Source: Rhodothermales bacterium (GTDB lineage: Bacteria; Bacteroidota; Rhodothermia; Rhodothermales; Bin80). Taken from it: a stretch of 64,000 nt of DNA. Shown here piece after piece: positions 41,516 to 50,614 of this stretch. A program made the translations under genes and the position numbers. The stretch spans positions 27,609-91,608 of the forward strand of contig JAJEDR010000096.1 of the NCBI GenBank assembly GCA_022821385.1, in the 5' to 3' direction. The notes under the pieces are model-generated. The model was given only the letters and a program-made list of their open reading frames with translations, did not search any database and was not told where the DNA came from. The number at the start of each line of letters is the position of its first letter. Positions within the stretch are counted from its first letter, which is position 1.

Positions 41516-41782
41516 CTACAGGAGACTTCGCTGCACGCGGCGTATCCAAATCCCTTTAACCCGACAACGACCGACCGTTAGTCGCTTGCTGAAGCCAGGC
41601 CGGTGCGGCTGCGGGTCTACGATGTGCTCGGACGCCGCGTCGCCGTGCTGGCGAATTCCAACAAGGTAGCCGGAGCACATTCGGTTAAATTCGAGGTTGC
41701 CGACCTGCCGAGTGGCATGTACCTGCTCCGCATCGTAACCGCCCGCCAGCATTGGACCTACTGGGTATCTCTGGTCAAATAG
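41516..41782 (+). pseudogene. Orphan T9SS C-terminal sorting domain relic with an in-frame TAG
   Basis: My own translation: ...AAYPNPFNPTTTDR*SLAEARPVRLRVYDVLGRRVAVLANSNKVAGAHSVKFEVADLPSGMYLLRIVTARQHWTYWVSLVK*. There is no upstream body; the SDR gene ends at 41431. The TAG at 41579-41581 sits where Tyr is usual. Confidence 0.7.
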
Positions 41783-41818
41783 GTGTACCTTGAACAAAGG
41801 ATCTGCAGGGAAACCCCG

Positions 41819-43681
41819 ATGCGCCGAATCTTTTTCCTCTTTCTGGTTTCCATGGTCCTGCCCCGGCTGGACGCTATCCGGGCGCAGTCCTTCGAGCCGG
41901 CCAACTGGATCCTCGAAGTAGGGGATGTGATCAACAATTTTGGTCTGGACGCAGATGCAGGGGGCTCAGTATACATGTCGGGCTACGTTCCGGGTCGGAA
42001 TGCAATCCGCTGTTCCGACGGAACGGTCTTCTTGCTGGAGGCCAACGACAATTTTCTTGCGCGGATTGCCGCGGACGGAAGCGTGCGCTGGGTCAGACCG
42101 GGTGCGCTATTTGACGGCGGTTCTTCCATATCCATCCACACCGTAGTGGCAGAGGGCCCATACGTCTGGACGAACGAGGGTGCGCTAAGGGGAGTTAGTC
42201 CTATTACCACCCGATGGGGCAATTTTGGGGGAATTCTGATCAACCGCTATTCAGATGCCGGAGATTCTCTGCGGGCCACCTATTTGGCTGGGCCGGTGGA
42301 CTATTATCTTTATGACGCGCCGGCCTACATCCTAGGGCTTGGCGGAGACGATGCCGGCAACGTGTATGCGACGGGCTACTATCTGGATACGCTGCGATTG
42401 GGGCCTGAACATCTGCTAGTGCCCCATGCTTCTGGGTCTCCCGCTTTCCGCACCGTATTCCTGGCCAGCTATTCGCACGAAGGCAACGTGCGCTGGGCGC
42501 ACCGGATGGTAAGCCACAGCAGCGGTGGTAATATACCTCCCAGCCACATATCTTATCATGTAGCCCCGGCCAAGCCCAGCTTCGACGTGGATGCCGAGGG
42601 AAATACCTATCTGGGCGGCTTTTTCTCAAGGGGCACAGTATTCGCAGAGGGGCAGCCGGACAGCGTGCGGCTGGAGGAATCCGGCGCCGTCGTCGTGTCC
42701 TTCGACGCGACCGGCCAATTGCGCTGGCTGCGGACGGCGAGCGATCTTGGCGTGGAAGCAGATTATCTGGCCTATACCGACGACCGCTATCTCAGTCACA
42801 GAAATACGGCCGTGCCCTGGATTCTTTCGGCACGCGACGACGGCGAGCTGGCGCTTGACTGGACAGTGAGGTACGGCTCGCGCGGTATCAAAGTGACGGT
42901 CGGAGACACGATCCTCACGATGCCGTTTTACTCTGAGCGTGGTTACCTGGAATTTGTGACGCGCCATGCCCCGGACGGGTCACTGCGCTGGGTGCGCCGG
43001 TTGACTGCCAGTGATTTCGTGGGGCTCACCGAAATCGAAATGGATATGAACGGCCACGTATATGTGGGCGGCTACTATTACGGCCACCTCATTCTTATTG
43101 AAGACACCGTGCTGACCAATGGCTCCCCCCCGGGTTCCGGATACGTGACGGGTCTGCTCGTCGAGTACGATGCGGAAGGCACCCTGGCCCGCACCCTGCA
43201 GGTGACCGGGCCGGATTATTCCAAGGTCACCGGGATAATTCCTATGCCGAGCGGCGAACTGTACGTTGCGGGATTTGCGCGCAGTTGGTATCAGGATGGG
43301 CCGGATCACATCATCGTAGGGGTGGACACGCTCGCGACGCTTCCCGACAGGAGCAAGGCATTTCTGGCAAAGTATGGAGCAGTAACAACAGCGCGCGCAG
43401 ATGACTACGTACGGCCTGTGGGAAGTCTGTGGACTGCGCACTATCCCAACCCGTTTGCGGGAGCAGCCACTCTTGCCTACGGGTTGCCGGAAGCCTCACA
43501 CGTTCGCTTGCGGGTCTACGATGTCCTCGGTCGCGAAATGGCCATACTAGTAGACGAATGGCACGGTGCCGGTGCGCATTCCGTGCGGCTGGATGCGTCA
43601 TCCTGGCCCAGCGGCGTATACCTCTATCGCCTGGAGGCGGGCAATCTGGTCGCAACGGGCAGTCTGGTGCGCCAGAGGTGA
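41819..43681 (+). CDS. Secreted beta-propeller-repeat (SBBP-like) protein with a T9SS C-terminal domain, copy 1
   Basis: Signal MRRIFFLFLVSMVLPRLDAIRAQ (ATG at 41819). Repeats such as GNVYATGYYLDTLRLG and VYVGGYYYGH. C-terminal domain: HYPNPFAGAATLAYGLPEASHVRLRVYDVLGRE...SGVYLYRLEAG. Confidence 0.8.
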   Translation: MRRIFFLFLVSMVLPRLDAIRAQSFEPANWILEVGDVINNFGLDADAGGSVYMSGYVPGRNAIRCSDGTVFLLEANDNFLARIAADGSVRWVRPGALFDGGSSISIHTVVAEGPYVWTNEGALRGVSPITTRWGNFGGILINRYSDAGDSLRATYLAGPVDYYLYDAPAYILGLGGDDAGNVYATGYYLDTLRLGPEHLLVPHASGSPAFRTVFLASYSHEGNVRWAHRMVSHSSGGNIPPSHISYHVAPAKPSFDVDAEGNTYLGGFFSRGTVFAEGQPDSVRLEESGAVVVSFDATGQLRWLRTASDLGVEADYLAYTDDRYLSHRNTAVPWILSARDDGELALDWTVRYGSRGIKVTVGDTILTMPFYSERGYLEFVTRHAPDGSLRWVRRLTASDFVGLTEIEMDMNGHVYVGGYYYGHLILIEDTVLTNGSPPGSGYVTGLLVEYDAEGTLARTLQVTGPDYSKVTGIIPMPSGELYVAGFARSWYQDGPDHIIVGVDTLATLPDRSKAFLAKYGAVTTARADDYVRPVGSLWTAHYPNPFAGAATLAYGLPEASHVRLRVYDVLGREMAILVDEWHGAGAHSVRLDASSWPSGVYLYRLEAGNLVATGSLVRQR

Positions 43682-43993
43682 GCCGCCCGCTGAGCTTGTG
43701 TCTCGAGCGATTGAAACCTGTCGCCTGGAATCATTCTGACTTATGCAGCGCCGTACTGAGGAAGGCCTTCGCAGTCCACGCTTGCCGGGCAACGAGTCTC
43801 GTCGCGCCCTGCAATGCCGCGTAATCGCGCCGTGGCCAATGGGTGACCTCCTTACCCCTGGAAATACCCGGACACCGGAACAGCCGAGCGGCGTGTACCT
43901 ACTCCGCATGGAAACCGTCCGGCAGCATTGGACCCACTGGGTTTCTCTGGTCAAATAGATATACTTTGTATTGAGGATCTCCAGGAAACTCCG

Positions 43994-45832
43994 ATGCGTC
44001 GAATCATTTTCCTCTTTCTGGTTTCCATGGTCCTGCCCCGGCTGGACGCCATCCGGGCGCAGTCCTTCGAGCCGGCTACCTGGATCCTCGAAGCATATGA
44101 TGTTGTCAACAATTTTGGCCTGGATGCAGATGCGGATGGCTCGGTATATATGTCGGGCCGAGTTGGGAACCGGAGTGCAATCCGCTGGTCCGACGGAACG
44201 GTCTTCGTGCTGGAGGCCAACGACAATTTTCTTGCGCGGATTGCTGCGGGCGGAAGCGTGCGCTGGGTCAGACCGGGTGCGCTCTTTGTAAGCGATTATC
44301 CCATATCCATCCACACCGTAGTGGCACAGGGCCCATACGTCTGGACAAACGAGGGTGCGATAAGGGGAGTTCTCTTTCCGGCCACCCGATGGGTAGACTT
44401 TGGGGGTATACTTATCAACCGCTATTCAGATGCCGGAGATTCGCTGCAGGCCACCTATCTGGCTGGACCGGTGGACAATATTTTTGACGCGCCTGCCTAC
44501 ATCCTGGGGCTCGGCGGAGACGAGGCCGGCAACATGTATGTGACGGGCTACTATCAGGATACGCTGCGATTGGGGCCTGAACACGTGCTTGTGCCCTATG
44601 ATTATAGGTCTCCCGCTTACCGCACCGTGTTTCTGGCCAGCTATTCGCGCGAAGGCAACGTGCGCTGGGCGCATCGGATGGTGAGTCACAGTAGCGATGG
44701 TAGTGTCCCTCCCAGCTACATATCCTTTGTTTCCCCGGCCAAGCCCAGCTTTGACGTGGATGCCGAGGGTAATACTTATCTGGGCGGCTTTTTCTCAAGG
44801 GGCACAGTATTCGCAGAGGGGCAGCCGGACAGTGTGCGGCTGGAGGAATCCGGCGCCATCGTCGCATCCTTTGACGCAACCGGCAAGCTGCGCTGGCTGC
44901 GGACGGCGAGCGATCTTAGCGTGGAAACCGATGGTAATTCTCGTGACTTCAGAAAGACGCCTGTACCCCGGATTCTTTCGGCACGCGACGACGGAGAACT
45001 GGCGCTTGCCTGGAGGGTGGAGTACGGAAGGTACGCTGGTATCAAAGTGGCGGTCGGAGACACGACCTTCACGGTGCCAACCAACGAGGAGCGCGGGCAC
45101 CTTTATTTTGTGACGCGCCATGCCCCAGACGGGTCAGTGAACTGGGGGCGCCGGTTGATCCCGGACAGCTATATGGAGCTCACCGAAATCGAAATGGATA
45201 TGCATGGACATGTATATGTAGGCGGCTACTATTACGGCCACCAGATTCTGATTGAAGACACCGTGCTGACTAATGGCTCCGCCCCGGGCTCCAGAAACCA
45301 TACGGGTCTGCTCGCCGAATACGATGCGGAAGGCACCTTGGCCCGCACCCTGCAGGTGACCGGGCCGGATTATTCCAAGGTCACCGGGATAATGCCCATG
45401 CCGAGCGGCGAGCTGTACGTTGCCGGGTTTGCGCGCAATGATCGGGACGGGCCGGATCACATCATCGTGGGTGCGGACACGCTCGCGACGCTTCCCGGCA
45501 GGAGCAAGGCGTTTCTGGCAAAGTATGGGCCAGTGACAACAGCGCGCGCAGATGATTACGCACGGCCTGTTGGGAGTCTGTGGACTGCACACTATCCCAA
45601 CCCGCTTGCGGGAGCAGCCATCATTACCTACGAGTTGCCGGAAGCGTCACACGTTCGCTTGCGGATCTATGACATTCTCGGGCGCGAAATGGCTATGCCC
45701 GTGGACGAATGGAACAGTGCCGGTGCGCATTCTGTGCGGCTGGATGCGTCCTCCTGGCCCAGCGGCGTATACCTCTATCGCCTGGAGGCGGGCAATCAGG
45801 TCGCAACGGGCAGTCTGTTGCGCAGGAAGTGA
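43994..45832 (+). CDS. Secreted beta-propeller-repeat protein with a T9SS C-terminal domain, copy 2 (close paralogue of 41819..43681)
   Basis: Signal MRRIIFLFLVSMVLPRLDAIRAQ (ATG at 43994). It is collinear with copy 1 and nearly identical over long stretches, with divergent central patches. Confidence 0.8.
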   Translation: MRRIIFLFLVSMVLPRLDAIRAQSFEPATWILEAYDVVNNFGLDADADGSVYMSGRVGNRSAIRWSDGTVFVLEANDNFLARIAAGGSVRWVRPGALFVSDYPISIHTVVAQGPYVWTNEGAIRGVLFPATRWVDFGGILINRYSDAGDSLQATYLAGPVDNIFDAPAYILGLGGDEAGNMYVTGYYQDTLRLGPEHVLVPYDYRSPAYRTVFLASYSREGNVRWAHRMVSHSSDGSVPPSYISFVSPAKPSFDVDAEGNTYLGGFFSRGTVFAEGQPDSVRLEESGAIVASFDATGKLRWLRTASDLSVETDGNSRDFRKTPVPRILSARDDGELALAWRVEYGRYAGIKVAVGDTTFTVPTNEERGHLYFVTRHAPDGSVNWGRRLIPDSYMELTEIEMDMHGHVYVGGYYYGHQILIEDTVLTNGSAPGSRNHTGLLAEYDAEGTLARTLQVTGPDYSKVTGIMPMPSGELYVAGFARNDRDGPDHIIVGADTLATLPGRSKAFLAKYGPVTTARADDYARPVGSLWTAHYPNPLAGAAIITYELPEASHVRLRIYDILGREMAMPVDEWNSAGAHSVRLDASSWPSGVYLYRLEAGNQVATGSLLRRK

Positions 45833-46579
45833 GTCGCCCGCTGAACGGGAGTCTTCGAGCAATTGAAGCCTGCCGCCTGGAATCGGTCCAACTTTTGCAG
45901 TCCATATCTGCAGGGTCAGGAGTCTCGCTGCGCCCCGTAATGCCGCGTAATCGCACCGCGGCCAATGGGTAACTCCTTACCCTCGGAAATACGCGGACAC
46001 CGGAACCGCCGAGATGTACGCAGGAGACTTCATCGTCATTTGAAAGCTGAACCGGCTGGGGCGATCACTAAGACACCTGATCTCGCGGGTAGCCGTCCCC
46101 AGTTACTGTTTCAGCAGCCGTGCCAAGGCATTCCACCCGGCCCGCGCGCTACGGGCTTGATGCGTACGAACGGGAGCCTGTAAGGATCTGTTAAGGCCAT
46201 ATAACAAATGATTAAAATGGCTGCAAATGCGGGCAACTTATAAGGCATCGCGAAGCCGTTCACGCCTCCATGTACTGGGGAGTTTGTGACGAGATAGCGG
46301 GGTAGACTAATCCCCGATCCGATAATCATATGGGTACGCTACCTAGTACTCACGATGACATCAAGCAAGTGAAGTTAAGACTGTTCATCGGTCTATCAAA
46401 CCAAAGATCGGACCCAGCTATGGCGCATCGACACGTCTCTGCAGAACAAATTCCAGATATCTCTAGCATCCCTTCACCTTCGCTGCCTGTTCATCGATCA
46501 AAAGCCCGCTTCGCTGATCTGACACAATTTGCAGACACAATCGTACTCAATTCAAAATGAGATTCCTGGACGGATTCAG

Positions 46580-46948
46580 ATGAACAAGCTCACCCCGGAA
46601 GAAGCACACGTGATTTTGAACAAGGGAACGGAGCGCCCCTTTACGGGGGAGTTCTACGAGCATTATGCTCCAGGCCTTTATATTTGTCGACGATGCGACG
46701 CGCCGCTTTATCGGTCAGAAGATAAATTTCGTTCTGGATGTGGGTGGCCGAGCTTCGATGATGAAATTCCGGGAAGTGTTCGCCGTGTACGGGACGCCGA
46801 CGGACGGCGCACGGAAATCATTTGTGCCAAGTGTGACGGACATCTCGGGCATGTATTCACAGGCGAAAGGTTTACGGCCAAGAATACGCGCCACTGCGTC
46901 AACTCACTCTCCATGAAATTTGTAGCGAGTGACAAGACAGACCACTGA
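46580..46948 (+). CDS. msrB: Peptide-methionine (R)-S-oxide reductase
   Basis: [25 protein letters not shown]..., zinc ligands CRRC and CAKC, and the catalytic RHCVNS. Confidence 0.9.
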   Translation: MNKLTPEEAHVILNKGTERPFTGEFYEHYAPGLYICRRCDAPLYRSEDKFRSGCGWPSFDDEIPGSVRRVRDADGRRTEIICAKCDGHLGHVFTGERFTAKNTRHCVNSLSMKFVASDKTDH

Positions 46949-46967
46949 TGGTGACCTTCAATGCACG

Positions 46968-47051
46968 TGCCGGAGGTGGGACTCGAACCCACACATCCGA
47001 AGGGACACAGGTTCCTAAGACCTGCGCGTCTACCAGTTCCGCCACTCCGGC
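46968..47051 (-). tRNA. tRNA-Leu, anticodon UAG; long variable arm; no encoded CCA
   Basis: The reverse complement is GCCGGAGTGGCGGAACTGGTAGACGCGCAGGTCTTAGGAACCTGTGTCCCTTCGGATGTGTGGGTTCGAGTCCCACCTCCGGCA. It folds with acceptor GCCGGAG/CTCCGGC, anticodon stem CAGGT/ACCTG around loop CTTAGGA, and T arm GTGGG-TTCGAGT-CCCAC. Confidence 0.9.
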
Positions 47052-47082
47052 ATAGAAATTGCAAGAAGGTGGATATACATTC

Positions 47083-48195
47083 ATGAGATATTGTTCCATC
47101 CTTTGCCGCGTGGTCGGTGCAGTGCTACTTGGGTCAGTTACTGTAGATGCTTTTGCTCAGGCAGGACAGTCCGTTCCAGTGAGCTTGGACGAAAATATCG
47201 ACGTAAAGCATGTCTGGCGATTCGCCCAAGAGACAGAATCCCGGTCTCCACTTCCACGTGCGGTAGATGCTACCTGGGTTGAAAACGCGCGTCTAGGTTC
47301 GCTTCAGTTGCATGAATGCGCTGCTGCGCTCGTAAGCGCAGACGGTCTGGCGGTAACAAGCGCAACATGTTTGCGCTCGCTGGAGACCTGGATCCGTCCA
47401 GATGACAGCGTCTTTGTAGCGGGTACGTTGTCGGACGAATGTAATTTGCCAGGGTTAACCGTGCGGCAGCTCGTGGAAATTCGTGATTTTACTCGTATTG
47501 AGGATGCATCCGAAGATCTGGAGGCCGGAGTTGAAGCAGAGGTGATTGCAGCCGCCGACAGCAGCACCTTCCGGGAATATATTTGGCGCACATACAGTGA
47601 CGTGAGGCTCGTTGTGATCCCTCCTGCAGATGTCACAGATTTTGGGAAAGAGGAGGGTGTATACCCCAGATACGCAATAGATTTTGCGCTGTTCAGGGTT
47701 TACGATGGTCAGGCTCAGCCCCTGGAGACCGAGAGCTATTTTGCGTGGAATGATCGCAGTCCATTTGCCCGCGAGAGGCTCTTCGCCACTGCATTTGACG
47801 CGAATGCGCCGTTCACAGTCATGACGCTCCTGAATACGTTCAGCTACAACGGTACGGTCTCGCCGCCGTATACCACATTGTATGGAATGCTGGACCAGTA
47901 CTATTCACATGGCGCGACAGGCGCATGGGAATTGACGGAAGACTGGTTATCCGGGATCAAAGAAAACGATTTGGCAACCGCATTGAATTTCTCTGTGGTC
48001 GGTGATTGTGCGCAGACGGGTGCAGGACTTATAAATGTGGATATGGAAATTCTAGGCATTGCTTTTGATAATACGGATACCGCGGAAGGTACATATTGCG
48101 TGGCTATGTCTACTTCCGGGATATTAGCGCTATTGCGCACTGTATTGAAAGCTGAGGGCGTAGCGGACGAATTGGCTGAACAGGCGCTGCCATAG
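47083..48195 (+). CDS. Shortened S46-peptidase-like protein lacking the catalytic His and Ser (predicted pseudo-protease)
   Basis: Signal MRYCSILCRVVGAVLLGSVTVDAFAQ. RLGSLQLHECAAALVSADGLAVTSATCL aligns with RLGALRLSSGCSASFVSDQGLILTNHHCA of the neighbouring gene. GDCAQTGAGLIN stands in place of AAGNSGSPLLN. About 280 aa of the middle region are missing. Confidence 0.7.
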   Translation: MRYCSILCRVVGAVLLGSVTVDAFAQAGQSVPVSLDENIDVKHVWRFAQETESRSPLPRAVDATWVENARLGSLQLHECAAALVSADGLAVTSATCLRSLETWIRPDDSVFVAGTLSDECNLPGLTVRQLVEIRDFTRIEDASEDLEAGVEAEVIAAADSSTFREYIWRTYSDVRLVVIPPADVTDFGKEEGVYPRYAIDFALFRVYDGQAQPLETESYFAWNDRSPFARERLFATAFDANAPFTVMTLLNTFSYNGTVSPPYTTLYGMLDQYYSHGATGAWELTEDWLSGIKENDLATALNFSVVGDCAQTGAGLINVDMEILGIAFDNTDTAEGTYCVAMSTSGILALLRTVLKAEGVADELAEQALP

Positions 48196-48197
48196 AG

Positions 48198-50423
48198 ATG
48201 ACGCATAGCCAAAGGAACGGATTGTTTATGGGGTTGCCGCTACTTTTGGTGGCACTCGCGGGCTGTGCTCCTTCTGCTGTGGAAGTTGTGCAGGTGATAG
48301 AGCAGCCTCTGGTCGTGGAGGAGGCTCCGTCCCCGGCAGCGGAACCGGTAGAGGAAGTTGCCTTTGAGGTGGACAGGTTTGATGTTGATCTCGGTCGTTT
48401 TGATGGAGGCAAAATGTGGACGTTTGATAACCCGCCGGTTGAATGGTTCGCCGAAGAGTATGGTATAGACGCCGATTCTGCTTGGTTTGCGAAAGCCAGG
48501 CTAGGTGCTTTAAGACTCTCATCAGGCTGCTCTGCCAGCTTTGTATCAGATCAGGGGTTGATCCTGACGAACCACCATTGTGCGCGTGAAAGCGTCGTGG
48601 ATGTGTCTCGCGACGGGGAGAGTTTGCTGGAAGAAGGCTTTCTCGCTGGAACTGGTGCAGATGAGCGAAAAGTACCCGAACTGTATGTTGAGCAGCTGTG
48701 GGCAATCACGGACGTTACGAGCCGGGTTCACAGCGCCAGCCGTATCGTACGGGGGGATACTGAACGTGTCCAGGCCCGCCGCAATAAAGCTTCGGCTATC
48801 GAAGAAGAGCTAGGAGAGGCGGCAGCAGTGCGTGATTCCACACTGCGTGTGGAAGTGGTTGAGCTCTACAGTGGTGAGCGCTATGCCGCTTATACCTACA
48901 GGCGCTACGAAGACGTACGCCTGGTCATGGCTCCAGAGGAGCAAATAGGTTACTTCGGGGGCGAGAGCGACAACTTCACTTTTCCCCGTTATGCGCTAGA
49001 TGTGGCTTTTTTGCGGGCCTACGACAGAGATGGCAACCCTGCAGTAACACCGAATCATTTTGCGTGGAGTACCGAGGGGGCATCAGTTGGCGATGCGGTC
49101 TTTCTCGTGGGTAATCCGGGCTCGACCAGCCGGCTTGGCAGTGTATCACAGTTAAATTTTGAGCGCGATTATGTGCTGCCTCAACAGGTTGCGGCTTTAG
49201 AGCGACGGGCAGAATTACTTCGCCCGTTTGCGGGTTCCGCCGGATCGGATACGGCAGATGCGCTGAATAACATGTGGTTCAATACCAGCAACACGCTTAA
49301 GTCGTTTTCTGGAAAGTTGGCGGGCCTGCGCAATGATACGCTGATTGCTCGACGCAGCGCAGCTGAGTATCAGGTCAGGGACGATCTTTTCAAATCGGAT
49401 TCCCTGTCGGGGCGTTACGGGTCCTTGTTTCAGCAGCTGGATGAACTCCAACTTTCAAAGCGGGCAGAGGCTGGCCGCATGGCAGGGTTTACATTCTTTG
49501 GGACTACTCTCGGGTCAAGGATCCTGTTGCGTGCACTGTACGGATACTATTATGCTAATCTGCAGCGCAGAGGCTTTGTAGATCAGGAAATAATCGCGGA
49601 TGTTCGCAAGGAAGCATTGGCTCTGGACGATCTTCCAGCAGAGGTGGATGAGTCGCTGATCAGGTTGCGGCTTCAGGAGATCCAAGAAGCTCTGGGAGCC
49701 CAGGATCCGACAATGCGCAGTCTACTGGGAGACCTTACGATAGATAGCTTGGCTGCAGATATCGTCGCCAATACATCGCTCACGGATTCGGCTGGATTTG
49801 CCGAACTTTTGGATGAGGGATTTCTGGGAAGCGATGATGCAACTGTGCGAGTGATCGGTGCTTTGGCTCCGTTATACTTCACGATTCAACAGCAGATGGA
49901 GAGTTTTCAGAATCGCGAAGACTTGCTTGTTGCGGAGCTGGCGGCGCTGCGGTTCGCGCTCTACGGCACGGATGTGCCCCCGGACGCATCCTCCTCTTTA
50001 CGGATATCGGATGGGCGTGTAGACGGATATATGTATAATGGAACACGTGCTCCAGCATTCACGACATTCTACGGGCTGTATGACCACTTCCACGCCTATC
50101 GTGACATCAGTCGGGAATGGGATCTTCCCGAACGCTGGCGTAACCCTGCCGGGGCATTCGAACTCTCGACGCCATTGAGCATGGTCAGTACCAACGATTT
50201 AGCCGCGGGTAATTCAGGGTCTCCACTCCTGAACCAGAATCTGGAGGTTGTAGGATTAGTTTACGACGGTAACATTGAATCCTTGTCCAATGAGTATGTA
50301 TACTCCGATCGTGCTGCACGGGCTATTTCGGTGGATGTGCGTGCCATCCTGGAATCACTGCGCCACATCTACCGGGCTGACCGCTTGGTGCAGGAGGTCC
50401 TTGCTGAGCCAGATGTGCTGTAG
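48198..50423 (+). CDS. S46 family serine peptidase (dipeptidyl-peptidase 7/11-like), lipoprotein
   Basis: LLLVALAGC lipobox, ILTNHHC (His), FPRYALDVAFLRAYD (Asp region), AAGNSGSPLLN (Ser), 741 aa. An alternative start lies at 48228. Confidence 0.85.
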   Translation: MTHSQRNGLFMGLPLLLVALAGCAPSAVEVVQVIEQPLVVEEAPSPAAEPVEEVAFEVDRFDVDLGRFDGGKMWTFDNPPVEWFAEEYGIDADSAWFAKARLGALRLSSGCSASFVSDQGLILTNHHCARESVVDVSRDGESLLEEGFLAGTGADERKVPELYVEQLWAITDVTSRVHSASRIVRGDTERVQARRNKASAIEEELGEAAAVRDSTLRVEVVELYSGERYAAYTYRRYEDVRLVMAPEEQIGYFGGESDNFTFPRYALDVAFLRAYDRDGNPAVTPNHFAWSTEGASVGDAVFLVGNPGSTSRLGSVSQLNFERDYVLPQQVAALERRAELLRPFAGSAGSDTADALNNMWFNTSNTLKSFSGKLAGLRNDTLIARRSAAEYQVRDDLFKSDSLSGRYGSLFQQLDELQLSKRAEAGRMAGFTFFGTTLGSRILLRALYGYYYANLQRRGFVDQEIIADVRKEALALDDLPAEVDESLIRLRLQEIQEALGAQDPTMRSLLGDLTIDSLAADIVANTSLTDSAGFAELLDEGFLGSDDATVRVIGALAPLYFTIQQQMESFQNREDLLVAELAALRFALYGTDVPPDASSSLRISDGRVDGYMYNGTRAPAFTTFYGLYDHFHAYRDISREWDLPERWRNPAGAFELSTPLSMVSTNDLAAGNSGSPLLNQNLEVVGLVYDGNIESLSNEYVYSDRAARAISVDVRAILESLRHIYRADRLVQEVLAEPDVL

Positions 50424-50614
50424 TTAAGTATGTAGTCCTCGTTGTTACTTTCTGAAAGCGAATAGCGACTGTCCCTGAGTTCCTTGATGAATTATTGTTA
50501 AATATGTAATCTCCATTGCTATTGTTATCTCGCACCTAATAAGACGGATTGAATATGTTTGAGACCGTTGCAAAAAAAAAGCCTCAAAAACTTGGAGTTG
50601 AGTGCAGATAGGAG

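Larger units (their letters stand above)
41516..46010 (+). repeat. Tandem segmental duplication, about 2.15-2.18 kb per unit: decayed sorting-domain relic + cargo gene, two full units plus partial flanks
   Basis: The start codons are 2175 nt apart and the stops 2151 nt apart. Spacers 43682-43958 and 45833-about 46010 are homologous to each other. The spacer ends (...PSGVYLLRMETVRQHWTHWVSLVK*) are homologous to the relic at 41516-41782. Confidence 0.8.

Noticed and set aside
45965-46560. Track ORFs 45965..46183 (+), 46111..46329 (-) and 46330..46560 (+) between the T9SS array and msrB
   Set aside because: Their composition is implausible and they overlap one another. The first continues the decayed repeat spacer. 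I found no motif support.
46708-47099. Track ORFs 46708..47064 (-) and 46899..47099 (-)
   Set aside because: Both read through the tRNA-Leu gene and antisense to msrB, so they are artefacts.
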